Virus record (IMG/VR): IMGVR_UViG_3300031992_000067
Span: 18,360-82,359 of that record
Length of the DNA: 64,000 nt
Origin: a virus
Lineage: Duplodnaviria; Caudoviricetes
Strand: one strand, 5' to 3'
The position numbers and the translations under genes are program-made. How positions within the stretch are numbered: the stretch's first letter is position 1; the number at the start of each line of letters is the position of its first letter. Below are positions 25,813 through 35,514 of this stretch, piece by piece. The notes under the pieces are model-generated. The model searched no databases. It was not told the DNA's origin and was given only the letters and a program-made list of their open reading frames with translations.

Positions 25813-27050
25813 CATATCTCGCGGGTGACCTCTTTTGTGGATGCGGGGGCATGGCAACCGGGTCCATAAACGCGCTGGTGAAGCGTGGCCTTCCGTATGA
25901 GTTCTGGGCCGTTAATCATTGGTATAGGGCGGTGCAGACGATGCAGCTCAACCATCCGAACGTCCATGTCTTCGAGGCCGACCTGTCATCGGCCAGGCCC
26001 CAGGACATCGTGACGTGCGGAAGGCTCAACCACCTTCATGCAAGCCCGCAGTGCACGCACTTCAGCAGGGCCCGCGGGGGAAGGCCAAAGGACCCGCAGC
26101 TCCGCGCCCAGCCCAACTGGGTGCTGGACTGGCTGGACGCCCTAAACGTGGACCGGCTGTCCATCGAGAACGTGCCAGAGTTCACGACGTGGGGTCCGCT
26201 GGACGAGAACGGGAAGCCGATCAAGTCACAGAAGGGGACGCTGTTCGACATCTGGCTCAAGTCCATCGAGGCGAGGAACTACAAGCTGGAATGGCGCGTG
26301 GTCAACTGCGCCGATTATGGCGACGCGACCACAAGGAAGCGCTTCTTCCTCAAGGCCGTCAAGAAAGGCTGCGGTGAGATACGTTGGCCGACTCCCGAGT
26401 TCTCGAAGGACGGGTCCACTGGCCGCAAGTGGCGCGGCGTCAGGGAGTGCATCGACTTCTCGGACATCGGAACGTCGATATTCAACCGGAAGAAGCCGCT
26501 GGTCAAGGCGACAATGGAGCGGATAGCCGTGGGGGCGAGGAAGTACTGGGGCGTTGACCTGGAGCCGTTCATCGTCAGGATGAACAACCACTGCTACGCG
26601 GAATCCATCGACGACCCGTGCTCGGCGCTTACGACTTCAGGGGCGCACCACATGCTGTGTACCCCTATAATCGTTGACCACTGCAACAACGGTGGGTGCC
26701 AGGACGGATCGAAGCCCACGGGCGTAGTCATGACGCACGACCGGTACTCACTGGTTACCCCGATGGTGCTGGGGCAGCAGGGCGGAGCCGCGTGCAGGCC
26801 GACGGACGAGCCGTGCCCGACGCTGTCATGCGCGGGTGCCGTACGCGGGATATTCCCGCAGTTGGCTGACGGAAGGATTATCGACATCCACATCAGGATG
26901 CTTCGTCCAGACGAGCTGGCGAAGGTTCACTCGTTCCCGGACAGCTACGTGATTACGGGCAACCGGAGCGAGAAAGTCAAGCAAATCGGGAACTCGGTTC
27001 CCGTCAGGACGGCAGAGGCCATGATGGCCGCCGACTTGGAAGTGGCATAA
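25809..27050 (+). CDS. DNA (cytosine-5)-methyltransferase, orphan
   Basis: Motif I DLFCGCGG, IV SPQCTHFS, VI IENVPEF, VIII TRKRFFL, X QIGNSV. Confidence 0.9.
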   Translation: MTYLAGDLFCGCGGMATGSINALVKRGLPYEFWAVNHWYRAVQTMQLNHPNVHVFEADLSSARPQDIVTCGRLNHLHASPQCTHFSRARGGRPKDPQLRAQPNWVLDWLDALNVDRLSIENVPEFTTWGPLDENGKPIKSQKGTLFDIWLKSIEARNYKLEWRVVNCADYGDATTRKRFFLKAVKKGCGEIRWPTPEFSKDGSTGRKWRGVRECIDFSDIGTSIFNRKKPLVKATMERIAVGARKYWGVDLEPFIVRMNNHCYAESIDDPCSALTTSGAHHMLCTPIIVDHCNNGGCQDGSKPTGVVMTHDRYSLVTPMVLGQQGGAACRPTDEPCPTLSCAGAVRGIFPQLADGRIIDIHIRMLRPDELAKVHSFPDSYVITGNRSEKVKQIGNSVPVRTAEAMMAADLEVA

Positions 27051-27070
27051 ACAACAAGGAGGACAAGACC

Positions 27071-27493
27071 ATGAGAATGTTTGAAAAGCTGAAAGTCGGC
27101 ACGTCGTACAAGTACGTAACCGAAGACGAGCTGAAATACGCGAACGAGGTGTACTCACGGTACGCCGACTACGCGAAGGAACGAGGGTGCAAAGTGCGTA
27201 CTCTGGCAGAGTTTCTGCTGGAAAACGTTGAGCGCGACCAGTTGGACAGCTTCATCTGGGACAAGGGGCAACTGGTTAAGACATCGGACGGCAAACTGGG
27301 TATGACCACCGGATGGACACGTATAGGATTCGGCACGTCGCATTTCGCCGTGTCAGTCAAGACGGCTAACGGGAATGTATCGTATCTGGCGGACGCCCTT
27401 ACCAAGGCTGATGTGCCACCGGAGGTTCTCGAATACGTCAAGTCGACACTGCAGGACAAGGTACACGACAAGGTGGACGAGGCGTTCCAGTAG
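27071..27493 (+). CDS. Hypothetical protein
   Basis: GGAGG RBS. Confidence 0.65.
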   Translation: MRMFEKLKVGTSYKYVTEDELKYANEVYSRYADYAKERGCKVRTLAEFLLENVERDQLDSFIWDKGQLVKTSDGKLGMTTGWTRIGFGTSHFAVSVKTANGNVSYLADALTKADVPPEVLEYVKSTLQDKVHDKVDEAFQ

Positions 27494-27768
27494 TGTACGA
27501 CACGTTTCTGGTGAGGTGCTCCGGGTGCCGCAAGTGGCACCCGTACACCTCTTCGCCGATGATACGTGACGACCTGTGGAAACGAGTCTCCAACGAGCAC
27601 TGGAACGGTGACGCATACGTGCGCGAAATCCTGTGCCTCGAGTGCATGGAGACAAGGCTCCGCAGGAAGGTTACGCCGAAGGACTTCGGGATGTATGACG
27701 GGTCGTACCACAACGACATGTTCATGAAGAACTACTATAAGAAGAACCATGAAACATCCAAGGCTTAA
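27493..27768 (+). CDS. Small zinc-binding protein
   Basis: CSGC...CLEC. Confidence 0.6.
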   Translation: MYDTFLVRCSGCRKWHPYTSSPMIRDDLWKRVSNEHWNGDAYVREILCLECMETRLRRKVTPKDFGMYDGSYHNDMFMKNYYKKNHETSKA

Positions 27769-27988
27769 AAAGGAATACGCCGGGTGCTACACGTACACCG
27801 GAAACGAACACGTCTACAGAATCAGCGAGACCTACGACACCGGGGTGCACCAGCGGGTGTGGCGCGTGCTGTACAAGCCTGGAACGGTGTTCAGGTTAAG
27901 GTTCAAGGCCGTCTCGTTGAAGGAGGCGGTAAAGATTCTGGACGAAACTGACGGAGGTTACAATAATGAATGTGACAATCAACATTGA
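27749..27988 (+). CDS. Hypothetical protein
   Basis: ORF in operon. Confidence 0.55.
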   Translation: MKHPRLKKEYAGCYTYTGNEHVYRISETYDTGVHQRVWRVLYKPGTVFRLRFKAVSLKEAVKILDETDGGYNNECDNQH

Positions 27989-28376
27989 CGACGACACGCT
28001 GTCGGACCTTATCAAGAAGGGCATCGCGGGGCTGTCTGAGGCAACTATCGGAACCATTGCCAAGGAGGCGGTGGAGCGTGCGTTCTCCGACAAGGAGGTC
28101 GTAGAAGGCCTCCTTTTCAAGAAGGAGAGCGGATGGGGTGGCACCACGCAGCTGGAACTTCGTAGCGGCATCGTTGACATGCTCATGAAGTCATTCAATG
28201 ACGAAGACCTTGCGAGGTATCGAAAGCTCATGCTCGATACGCTGGACGAAAAAGGAGGAGACCTTGTCATCGACGCGCTTTCGAGGACGCTTGCCAGAAA
28301 GCTGTTCGATGAACAGTATGGACTTATAAATGACGTGTACAACGAGCTTCGGGCTACAATGGAGGGAAGACGATGA
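27966..28376 (+). CDS. Hypothetical protein
   Basis: GGAGG RBS. Confidence 0.6.
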   Translation: MNVTINIDDDTLSDLIKKGIAGLSEATIGTIAKEAVERAFSDKEVVEGLLFKKESGWGGTTQLELRSGIVDMLMKSFNDEDLARYRKLMLDTLDEKGGDLVIDALSRTLARKLFDEQYGLINDVYNELRATMEGRR

Positions 28377-28669
28377 CGCTGTATGCGGTTTCATTGACAA
28401 CGTTCGACAAGGTGTCGAACAGGTTCAGCAACGTTGAGCCGGACATCTGCGTGAAGCAGGACGAGGCCATTGATCTTGCCAACTACATGATCAATAACGA
28501 AGTCAGCCGGCATCTGGACACAGACCCGAGAGACGCCGCCGGGTATGCAGACGCCATAGCCCGCATACACCATGTGACCAGTGTGTGCTATGGAAAGTTC
28601 CACAGGGACAGCACCTACATAGACGACGAAATGGCTGTTATAGCAGCAGTTCAGGAAACGGAGGTATAA
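28373..28669 (+). CDS. Hypothetical protein
   Basis: ATGA overlap. Confidence 0.6.
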   Translation: MTLYAVSLTTFDKVSNRFSNVEPDICVKQDEAIDLANYMINNEVSRHLDTDPRDAAGYADAIARIHHVTSVCYGKFHRDSTYIDDEMAVIAAVQETEV

Positions 28670-28670
28670 C

Positions 28671-28898
28671 ATGACACACGACCAAGTCAACGCCTGGGAG
28701 AAGAAGCTGCGCGACGCCCAGAAACTGGTAGAGGAGGCCGGCCAGGACATCTGCAGCGTCCGCGGCATGGCGGATGTGTGGAGCCTGTGCAACACCACGT
28801 CCGAGCTCATTTCTCAGATCATCGGGCAGCAGCACCGTCTGCGCCCGTACAACGGGCCGGAGGACTGCCCGAATAACGAGGAGCTGAACAATGGCTGA
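28671..28898 (+). CDS. Hypothetical protein
   Basis: GGAGG RBS. Confidence 0.6.
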   Translation: MTHDQVNAWEKKLRDAQKLVEEAGQDICSVRGMADVWSLCNTTSELISQIIGQQHRLRPYNGPEDCPNNEELNNG

Positions 28899-29097
28899 CG
28901 TGGTTCTGCAGCCGCTTCAGCGGAGCTCGGTCCAGCTGGCCGACAGCATAGCCCAGCTCACCGGAAGGCTCAACAAGCTCAAGGCGGAAAAGAAGTCCCT
29001 GGTGAAGGACTACAACGACCGCATCAAGGACCTTGAAGCAGAGATCGACGGCGAGCAGCGCCAGTACGACCTGATGAAGGCGAAGGAGGAGGCATGA
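28891..29097 (+). CDS. Small coiled-coil protein
   Basis: Heptad pattern. Confidence 0.6.
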   Translation: MADVVLQPLQRSSVQLADSIAQLTGRLNKLKAEKKSLVKDYNDRIKDLEAEIDGEQRQYDLMKAKEEA

Positions 29098-29342
29098 GTG
29101 ACTGTTTTTGGCCAGGATTCGTGATGGGGGCCATTACGACGGGTTTCATAGCGTTTCTCGTCCTTTGCATCGTATCAAAGGAGACAGGGTCGTCCGTGAT
29201 GGCGACAGGGTACTGGCAGCCACGTGTGCACAGGGTCTACGTCGGAGACAACCTGTGGGTGAGTGACTTCACGTATGACGTGTCACCGTCAAACGCGCTT
29301 GTCACGGTGAAGTTCGCGCCGAAGAACGAGGTTGCGAAATGA
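29094..29342 (+). CDS. Small membrane protein
   Basis: N-terminal TM segment; ATGA overlap. Confidence 0.6.
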   Translation: MSDCFWPGFVMGAITTGFIAFLVLCIVSKETGSSVMATGYWQPRVHRVYVGDNLWVSDFTYDVSPSNALVTVKFAPKNEVAK

Positions 29343-29587
29343 CATTCACATACGACACGACTCCGACGAAGTTCCTGTACAGGTTCAACCTCGACCACGC
29401 CGTGATACAGGACTTCATAGACAGGCTCGAAAATTCATCGTTCTCGGACGAGGAGTTCGACGAGTACGCGTCCGACGAGTGGGACTACGAGTGCGACGAA
29501 AGCGCGTTCTACGACTGGATCAGATTTGACTCTGACAAGATATTCCGCGGGATGGAGGAACGTTATGGGAAAAAAGAGCGCTCATGA
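29339..29587 (+). CDS. Hypothetical acidic protein
   Basis: ATGA overlap. Confidence 0.6.
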   Translation: MTFTYDTTPTKFLYRFNLDHAVIQDFIDRLENSSFSDEEFDEYASDEWDYECDESAFYDWIRFDSDKIFRGMEERYGKKERS

Positions 29588-29921
29588 CGAACCTGGTTAC
29601 ACGATGGAGCCGAAAGCCATGGGGGCCAAAGGATGCGACGTGTGCGGACGCACCGGCATAGAAGGCAAGTGGGGAGTGGTTTACTCATCCACCGTTGACA
29701 AGAAAAAGCTTCACGCGTGCCTGGAATGCTTTGCTCACCGCCACCTGCCATTACTGCAGGATCAGTGGAAAAAGGCCGTCGACAAGGCTTTTCCGAATCT
29801 GGTACAATACTGGGCCGACAAGCCAAAGGAGGAGGACAATGATGAAAAGCAAGAAGGAACCGAAGGAACAGAAACAAAAGAAGACAAGAAAGACTGGCAA
29901 GACGGGCACCGCGAAGACTGA
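29565..29921 (+). CDS. Hypothetical zinc-binding protein
   Basis: CDVC...CLEC; GGAGG RBS. Confidence 0.55.
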   Translation: MGKKSAHDEPGYTMEPKAMGAKGCDVCGRTGIEGKWGVVYSSTVDKKKLHACLECFAHRHLPLLQDQWKKAVDKAFPNLVQYWADKPKEEDNDEKQEGTEGTETKEDKKDWQDGHRED

Positions 29922-30231
29922 TCAGCCCGACGATGTGCAGCAGCTGATTACCGAGGAGTTCAAGCGAAGCCAAAGAATGGAGTCGCTTCTGCTTGAAATC
30001 CGCAACCTGCTAAACGAGATCCGCGACAATCAGGTCAAATGGCCGTTCAAGATGCATGACCACGACTACAATGACAAGCGTGGCTGGGACAGGAACACCA
30101 CGCCTCCAGACGATCCGCCCGCTAGGCACTGGCCTTCGCATACGCCGGGCACACCGGGGTGGCCTACGGACATCTGGGGTAACCCGTTGCCGTACGCCGT
30201 GTACTGCGGCTGCAATGAAAGGAAGAGATAA
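29839..30231 (+). CDS. Hypothetical protein
   Basis: GGAGG RBS; 83-nt overlap with upstream ORF. Confidence 0.55.
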   Translation: MMKSKKEPKEQKQKKTRKTGKTGTAKTDQPDDVQQLITEEFKRSQRMESLLLEIRNLLNEIRDNQVKWPFKMHDHDYNDKRGWDRNTTPPDDPPARHWPSHTPGTPGWPTDIWGNPLPYAVYCGCNERKR

Positions 30232-30233
30232 CC

Positions 30234-30671
30234 ATGGCAACACTCGACGAAAAGGTAAAAGACTACCTAACTGGAAAGACGGTTGTTCCAGAGGGCAAAA
30301 AGACCGTTCTCTGCCAGGTGTGCGGCTTGTTTGAACCTAAAAGCATCGTATACGACGGGTCAATAGAGTCAGTGCTTTGCGACAAGTGCCTTAACCAATC
30401 TAAAAGGGATGGCCTGGCATACTTGATGTGCAGAAAGTGTGGTAAGTTTCTCGGATTCTACAAGCCAGGCGTGGTGAAACTGGAGTCTGGCGTGCGGGTG
30501 CTGGTAGAGCCGGGTGACACCCTTCATACCGAATGGTGCGGCCACTGCAATCCGAACGAGCCAAGGGCTGACGTGTCCGAGTTTAAAGACATCATGAAGA
30601 TGAAGCACCTTGAGGCGGTAAAGGACTCAATAGTCGACCGGGGCAAGGAGCTCAAGGTGGAGGGTGTATAA
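30234..30671 (+). CDS. Double zinc-finger protein
   Basis: Four CxxC motifs: CQVC, CDKC, CRKC, CGHC. Confidence 0.65.
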   Translation: MATLDEKVKDYLTGKTVVPEGKKTVLCQVCGLFEPKSIVYDGSIESVLCDKCLNQSKRDGLAYLMCRKCGKFLGFYKPGVVKLESGVRVLVEPGDTLHTEWCGHCNPNEPRADVSEFKDIMKMKHLEAVKDSIVDRGKELKVEGV

Positions 30672-31270
30672 TGGCCAAGGCAAACTGGCAGAAGCGCGCA
30701 GAGGTCTACGCCGGCGACGTAAAGCGCAACAAGGAGGAGGACTTCACGGCCAGAAGGCTGCTGCGTGGCCTGGGGTGGACGGAGCGGGGCCTCCCGCTCC
30801 TCTGCTCACAGCTGGGAATGGAGTTCGACCCTGAAGTCCCGACGCTGACGACCGTCATAGACGTGCTGGACTCACTGTCCGGAGGGTGGTTCTCCCCGGC
30901 GTCTCCGTACCGGCGTTTCATCATCGACACCAGGACGCTTCCAAAGACAAGGGCCGGCTGGGACAACCCGGCCGTGCAGGCCTTGGCGCATATGGCCGGT
31001 AGTATGCCGGTTGGCAATGGTGTGATCGTGGTGTCCAAGGTGGACGACACCGCTGGCGGAGCCAAGTGCATGGCCACTGTGTTCTTGCACGACAGCTACT
31101 GCGTCGAGAACATTCCGAAGTGGCTGCTGATGCCGGTGTCGGTGATCAAGGCACGCGTAGGCGGTGGAATGGTGTCCGTATGGACAAGGGATGCCGAGGA
31201 ACTTATACGGGATATGGCCGTCGTTCATGACTGGCCAATCCCGGAAAGGAGCGAGAATAACAATGCCTAA
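30671..31270 (+). CDS. Hypothetical protein
   Basis: TAATG overlap. Confidence 0.6.
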   Translation: MAKANWQKRAEVYAGDVKRNKEEDFTARRLLRGLGWTERGLPLLCSQLGMEFDPEVPTLTTVIDVLDSLSGGWFSPASPYRRFIIDTRTLPKTRAGWDNPAVQALAHMAGSMPVGNGVIVVSKVDDTAGGAKCMATVFLHDSYCVENIPKWLLMPVSVIKARVGGGMVSVWTRDAEELIRDMAVVHDWPIPERSENNNA

Positions 31271-31862
31271 TTTTGTAATGTGCAACTGCACGATTACCGG
31301 TCCTGCCGAGTCTAAATGCCGATTCGTTGACGCGGGATACTTCAAGAACAACGACAATGGATACGAGTACATGGACTTCGACATGATCGTGCCGCAGCCG
31401 CGCACCGCTAGCGAATGTCCTCCTGAATACGTGGTTAACCAGAACAGACCCGGAATTGAGCTGGAAAAGGACAGGCCGTGGTTCAACTGGTACAAGTGGA
31501 ACTGTGACAACTGGGGTACGAAGTGGACCGGTGAAACAGTGTGTAAGCCGCATGACTCCGATGATGGTTCAAGCACCATGTTCACGATGCAAACCGCGTG
31601 GAGCTTTCCTGCTCCAGTAGTCGCCAAACTCGGACAGCTATACCCTGATCTTACGTTCAAGTGGACATACGCCGACGAGGACATCGGTCACAATTGCGGG
31701 GAGGTTACCGTGCACGGCGACAACTTCGAGTTCACTGACCGGGAGGGGGATTGCAAGTTCGCGTGCGAAGCATTCGGGTACAACTATGAAGAGTTCAAAG
31801 CGGGCTTGGACGACTGCGATGAGTATGAATCGGAGAATGGGAACCCGGATGAAAAGCAGTAA
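31263..31862 (+). CDS. DUF1281/YubB-like ferredoxin-fold phage protein
   Basis: MPNF..., DFDMIVPQP, NWGTKW, QTAWSFP, YPDLTF..TYADED.G. Confidence 0.7.
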   Translation: MPNFVMCNCTITGPAESKCRFVDAGYFKNNDNGYEYMDFDMIVPQPRTASECPPEYVVNQNRPGIELEKDRPWFNWYKWNCDNWGTKWTGETVCKPHDSDDGSSTMFTMQTAWSFPAPVVAKLGQLYPDLTFKWTYADEDIGHNCGEVTVHGDNFEFTDREGDCKFACEAFGYNYEEFKAGLDDCDEYESENGNPDEKQ

Positions 31863-32058
31863 AACTGCAAAAGTGCGCACTAAGTGCTACGACAAGGAAC
31901 GTGAATGGCCGTCCAGGCAGGCGGCCATTGACTTTTTCACGGAGGGAATGTGGTCCTGCGACCCCAACTCCTCCGAACACGAACGCTACGCGACAATAGT
32001 CGCCAAACTTGAGTCAGGTGCGGATTACGCCACCGACGAATACTGGGAGACGGAATGA
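31849..32058 (+). CDS. Hypothetical protein
   Basis: ORF in operon. Confidence 0.55.
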   Translation: MKSSKTAKVRTKCYDKEREWPSRQAAIDFFTEGMWSCDPNSSEHERYATIVAKLESGADYATDEYWETE

Positions 32059-32411
32059 CTGTTTTAAGCAAACCAAAGGACGACAATGTCAAGGCCGCAA
32101 AGCTGAGGCCGGTGTGGGTTGTTGCCAACGTCTACCTTGAACGTGACAACGACAACAATCTCGTGACATGCGGAGTGGTGTGCAAGTCACTCAAGGAGGC
32201 CAAGGACATTGCATTCGAGAAGGCCCAGGGCCTTCTGGAGGTCATGAACGAGGACATGCGGTTCAATGGCATGCCTGAGGTCAGGTTCGACGAGGCCTGG
32301 CGCCGCGTTGACCACTATGACGGGATTGAGCAGGAATACGGCTACGACCCTGTCGACGGACGTGTTTCATACGCCTCCATCCGAGTGTTCAAATGCGAAG
32401 TGGTGAAATGA
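32055..32411 (+). CDS. Hypothetical protein
   Basis: ATGA overlap. Confidence 0.6.
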   Translation: MTVLSKPKDDNVKAAKLRPVWVVANVYLERDNDNNLVTCGVVCKSLKEAKDIAFEKAQGLLEVMNEDMRFNGMPEVRFDEAWRRVDHYDGIEQEYGYDPVDGRVSYASIRVFKCEVVK

Positions 32412-32454
32412 AGGACCGTTCTAGATCTGGTTGAGACGATGGAGAAGAGCTCAA

Positions 32455-32997
32455 ATGATCACTGAAAAGGAGGAGAACCTCGTAAACGAGATATTCGACG
32501 AGGGAAGCCGCAAGTACAACGAGAAGCTGGCTGTACTGGCCGACGTGATCGGCTGCGACGTGGGTCTGGCACTTGACCGCTGCAGCTACATCGGCAGGTG
32601 GCTGATTGAAAACGAGTCAAAATACCGGTGCGAGTTCAAGAGGCACGGCCTCGCCGTCAGGAACACCGACGATGACGGAACGACGTTCACCATGCACGGC
32701 AACTACGGTTCCGGCGGAGACAGCCCAGTTGTATTCCACGTTCACTGGTATAGGGTCTGCGGCGACGTGAACGCAGTTCACTACATGCATCCTAGCGAGG
32801 AGCGAACACGGTTCAAACATACAGCCGAAGACGCCGTGGACTCTGTTGCCGGTACGTTGAGAAACATAACGATGTGGACTCTGCTGGCGGCCAAGTACAA
32901 GGCCATCAAGGCGGACGTCGACGACATCGAGGTCAAGAAGTCTGACGCAAGGGTCGAGAAGGCCATGCACCAGCTGGAGCTGCTGAGGAAGCTATGA
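32455..32997 (+). CDS. Hypothetical protein (paralog of 24210-24785)
   Basis: Shared N-terminal EEE/L..L..V.G pattern and C-terminal HQLELL.KL. Confidence 0.65.
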   Translation: MITEKEENLVNEIFDEGSRKYNEKLAVLADVIGCDVGLALDRCSYIGRWLIENESKYRCEFKRHGLAVRNTDDDGTTFTMHGNYGSGGDSPVVFHVHWYRVCGDVNAVHYMHPSEERTRFKHTAEDAVDSVAGTLRNITMWTLLAAKYKAIKADVDDIEVKKSDARVEKAMHQLELLRKL

Positions 32998-33350
32998 GCG
33001 ACACGGCAGAAAACCACAAGGTCCTGCAGAAGTTCACGACCCAGGATCTCTTCAACGAGCTCTGGGCCCGCGACGACGTGGCCGCGATTAAGATGTGGAC
33101 CCGCACCGACATATTCGAGCAGGCCGCGGACCTGGTATCAGACTTATACCCGGAGCTTATGGACGACCTCGACGAAATCGTCGACATAGCCATGTCCGGC
33201 GACTACGACTATCTCAAGGACTGCACCGACGCGGAATGGGACCACATCGCCAGCCAGATAATCGAGGCGGCCCAGGAAGTGCAGAAGGAGAGGGACGAGG
33301 AAAACGAGAAGAAGGAGGAAAACGATGGCGACTGCAAAGAAGAACAATGA
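32994..33350 (+). CDS. Hypothetical acidic protein
   Basis: ATGA overlap. Confidence 0.6.
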   Translation: MSDTAENHKVLQKFTTQDLFNELWARDDVAAIKMWTRTDIFEQAADLVSDLYPELMDDLDEIVDIAMSGDYDYLKDCTDAEWDHIASQIIEAAQEVQKERDEENEKKEENDGDCKEEQ

Positions 33351-33702
33351 GATGATGGAGGTAGATGTCGGGATGAGGTTCGGCCTCATCGAGGACAAGG
33401 ACCTCGCGGAACGCGCCGTATACGGCACTCGTGCGATTCTCGACAAGGTCGACAGGGGGTACAGGATCTCGTTCGTGCCGGGGCGCACAAGCGTCAAGGG
33501 GTACACGAAGGACCTGGACAAGATGGAGAAGTTCCTGAACAAGGCCTCCACGAAGAAGGAGATCAACAAGTTCGCGAGCAAGGTGGGGACAATGTCCCGC
33601 GAGAAGCTCGAGCTGTGGTCCCCGGACGGCTTCAGGCTGACCGCGACCCCTAACGGCTCCGGGGGCTACATCTACGTGAAGATGGTGTGGCCGGAGGACT
33701 AG
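33325..33702 (+). CDS. Hypothetical protein
   Basis: GGAGG RBS. Confidence 0.6.
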   Translation: MATAKKNNEMMEVDVGMRFGLIEDKDLAERAVYGTRAILDKVDRGYRISFVPGRTSVKGYTKDLDKMEKFLNKASTKKEINKFASKVGTMSREKLELWSPDGFRLTATPNGSGGYIYVKMVWPED

Positions 33703-33704
33703 GC

Positions 33705-34058
33705 ATGACGAGGAAGCAGTACCTCGAAAAATGCATACCCGTGTTTGAGTACTATCTCGAGGGAATGCAGAATGACGGCGTCATGGCCGTGGCCAACGCG
33801 TTCGACATCGCCGTGGTCAAGGAAGTTCTGTTCCGACTAAACTACGACGCCGACGACAAGGACGACGAAGTCCCGGAGTTCGCCGAGATGACTCCGGAGT
33901 TCTTCCTGCAGGACATCCTCAACATGTGCGAGGACTGGGACAACATTGGCGAGATTTTCGTCAATGACTGCGGTCAGGGCTACGAGACATATTGCCAGAT
34001 TGTCAAGACCGCCGGAAAAGACTGGGAGGCAAGAGGTGAAGAAGACGAAGAAGGTTAA
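33705..34058 (+). CDS. Hypothetical acidic protein
   Basis: GGAGG RBS. Confidence 0.6.
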   Translation: MTRKQYLEKCIPVFEYYLEGMQNDGVMAVANAFDIAVVKEVLFRLNYDADDKDDEVPEFAEMTPEFFLQDILNMCEDWDNIGEIFVNDCGQGYETYCQIVKTAGKDWEARGEEDEEG

Positions 34059-34581
34059 AGAGCCGGTCCATGCCGGCAACGCGTGCTCAGTTGTATGCGC
34101 CTTTCAGGGCGTTCCATGCTCAATCGACGTATACGAGAACGAGAAGCAGGCAATCAAGGCATATCACAGGCGCGTCGACATTCATGCCGAAATCAAGAGA
34201 CGCGAGCTGGGCCGCGACGAGAACATGAGGGAGGAGTGGAATGACAGGAGCCGCGTGAAGACATCGTGCTCCGGGCTTCCGCATTGCGTGTTCGATGACG
34301 GCTACGGAATCGCGGTTGTCAGGGGCCCGATGTACACGACGATGAAGGCGACGATGCCTTTCGTTGCGGTGAACTATGATGACGGTCGGTTGAACGTTGT
34401 TGGATTCGAGGATACCGCAAAGGCATATGAGACATACGACACGATACTCAAGTCGCATGACGGCTCCGACATCCAGGAGATGGAGGACGGAGCGTACAAG
34501 GCGTTCTCGACTGACGAGATCTCAGTGGCGGTGGGAATCGCGGACGTGGTGGCGAGGGGCGACGAATGCCGGCTGGTGTAG
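34036..34581 (+). CDS. Hypothetical protein
   Basis: GTG start, uncertain. Confidence 0.55.
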   Translation: MKKTKKVKEPVHAGNACSVVCAFQGVPCSIDVYENEKQAIKAYHRRVDIHAEIKRRELGRDENMREEWNDRSRVKTSCSGLPHCVFDDGYGIAVVRGPMYTTMKATMPFVAVNYDDGRLNVVGFEDTAKAYETYDTILKSHDGSDIQEMEDGAYKAFSTDEISVAVGIADVVARGDECRLV

Positions 34582-34598
34582 GCGTAACATCCGCGGTC

Positions 34599-34820
34599 AT
34601 GATGGGGCCGGCGGCGTTCGAGGACGAGCTGATGAAGCTGTGGAACGCCCAGCGGGAGCTCACCGACAGGATCGGCGGCCTGCTGGACGTCTGCGGGTTC
34701 AAGTCCGAGGAGTACGTCGACTGGCTTAACGACTACTGCCTCGGCGAGAACGAGCAGATAGAGAGGCTGGTGGACATGTACAATGAGAAGTACGAGAAGG
34801 AGTCTGAGAAATGTCAATAG
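34599..34820 (+). CDS. Hypothetical protein
   Basis: Start uncertain. Confidence 0.5.
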   Translation: MMGPAAFEDELMKLWNAQRELTDRIGGLLDVCGFKSEEYVDWLNDYCLGENEQIERLVDMYNEKYEKESEKCQ

Positions 34821-35146
34821 GGGCATGGGTGCTGGCATATCTAGTGGTTGGCGTTGTCACGGCGTTCGTGATCATGTTCCTTTCGAGACTGCTGTCATGT
34901 GACGTGGACTCGGTGTTCATACCGGCGTTCGTAGTGATGTGGCCGCTCTGCATGCTATTCGGCATTCTGTTCCTGTTCGTCTCTTTGATAGAGAACGCGG
35001 CAAATAAGGCTGCCGACGCGTTCGAGGACTGGCGTAACAATGCCAGATACAAGGCACGTGAACGGGAACGTGAAATCGAGCTCGAGCAGACCACCAGACG
35101 AATGGAGGAGGCGCGGGCAAGAAGAGCGGCAAGGGAGGCGAAATGA
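34811..35146 (+). CDS. Membrane protein with C-terminal coiled coil
   Basis: Two TM segments followed by an R/E-rich helix. Confidence 0.65.
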   Translation: MSIGAWVLAYLVVGVVTAFVIMFLSRLLSCDVDSVFIPAFVVMWPLCMLFGILFLFVSLIENAANKAADAFEDWRNNARYKAREREREIELEQTTRRMEEARARRAAREAK

Positions 35147-35505
35147 ACTGGCAAGTGACATTGGTGCTGATGCTGGCCGGTCACCTTGTGGCGGACTACA
35201 CGCTGCAGGGGTTGCTGATCGACTTGAAGCAGAAGTCGTGGTGGTTCAAGATCTGCAACGGAAACCTGCCTGACAAGTACAGGTATGACTACATCGCGGC
35301 TCTTGTGTGCCACTCGCTGTACTGGAGCATATTCGTGTGCTCCGTGTTCTACAAGTCGAGCCTGTTCCTTGCGGCTATAGCGGTGAACACGTTGGTTCAC
35401 GCCGTTGTCGACGATCTCAAGGCCAACAGGATGAAGATAAACCTGATTGCCGACCAGCTGCTGCACCTATCGCAGATTCTGGTCACGTTCTCAGTGCTTA
35501 ACTAA
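35143..35505 (+). CDS. DUF3307 family membrane protein
   Basis: GHLVADYTLQ, CHSLYW, HAVVDDLKA, DQLLH. Confidence 0.75.
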   Translation: MNWQVTLVLMLAGHLVADYTLQGLLIDLKQKSWWFKICNGNLPDKYRYDYIAALVCHSLYWSIFVCSVFYKSSLFLAAIAVNTLVHAVVDDLKANRMKINLIADQLLHLSQILVTFSVLN

Positions 35506-35514
35506 GGAGAAGCT

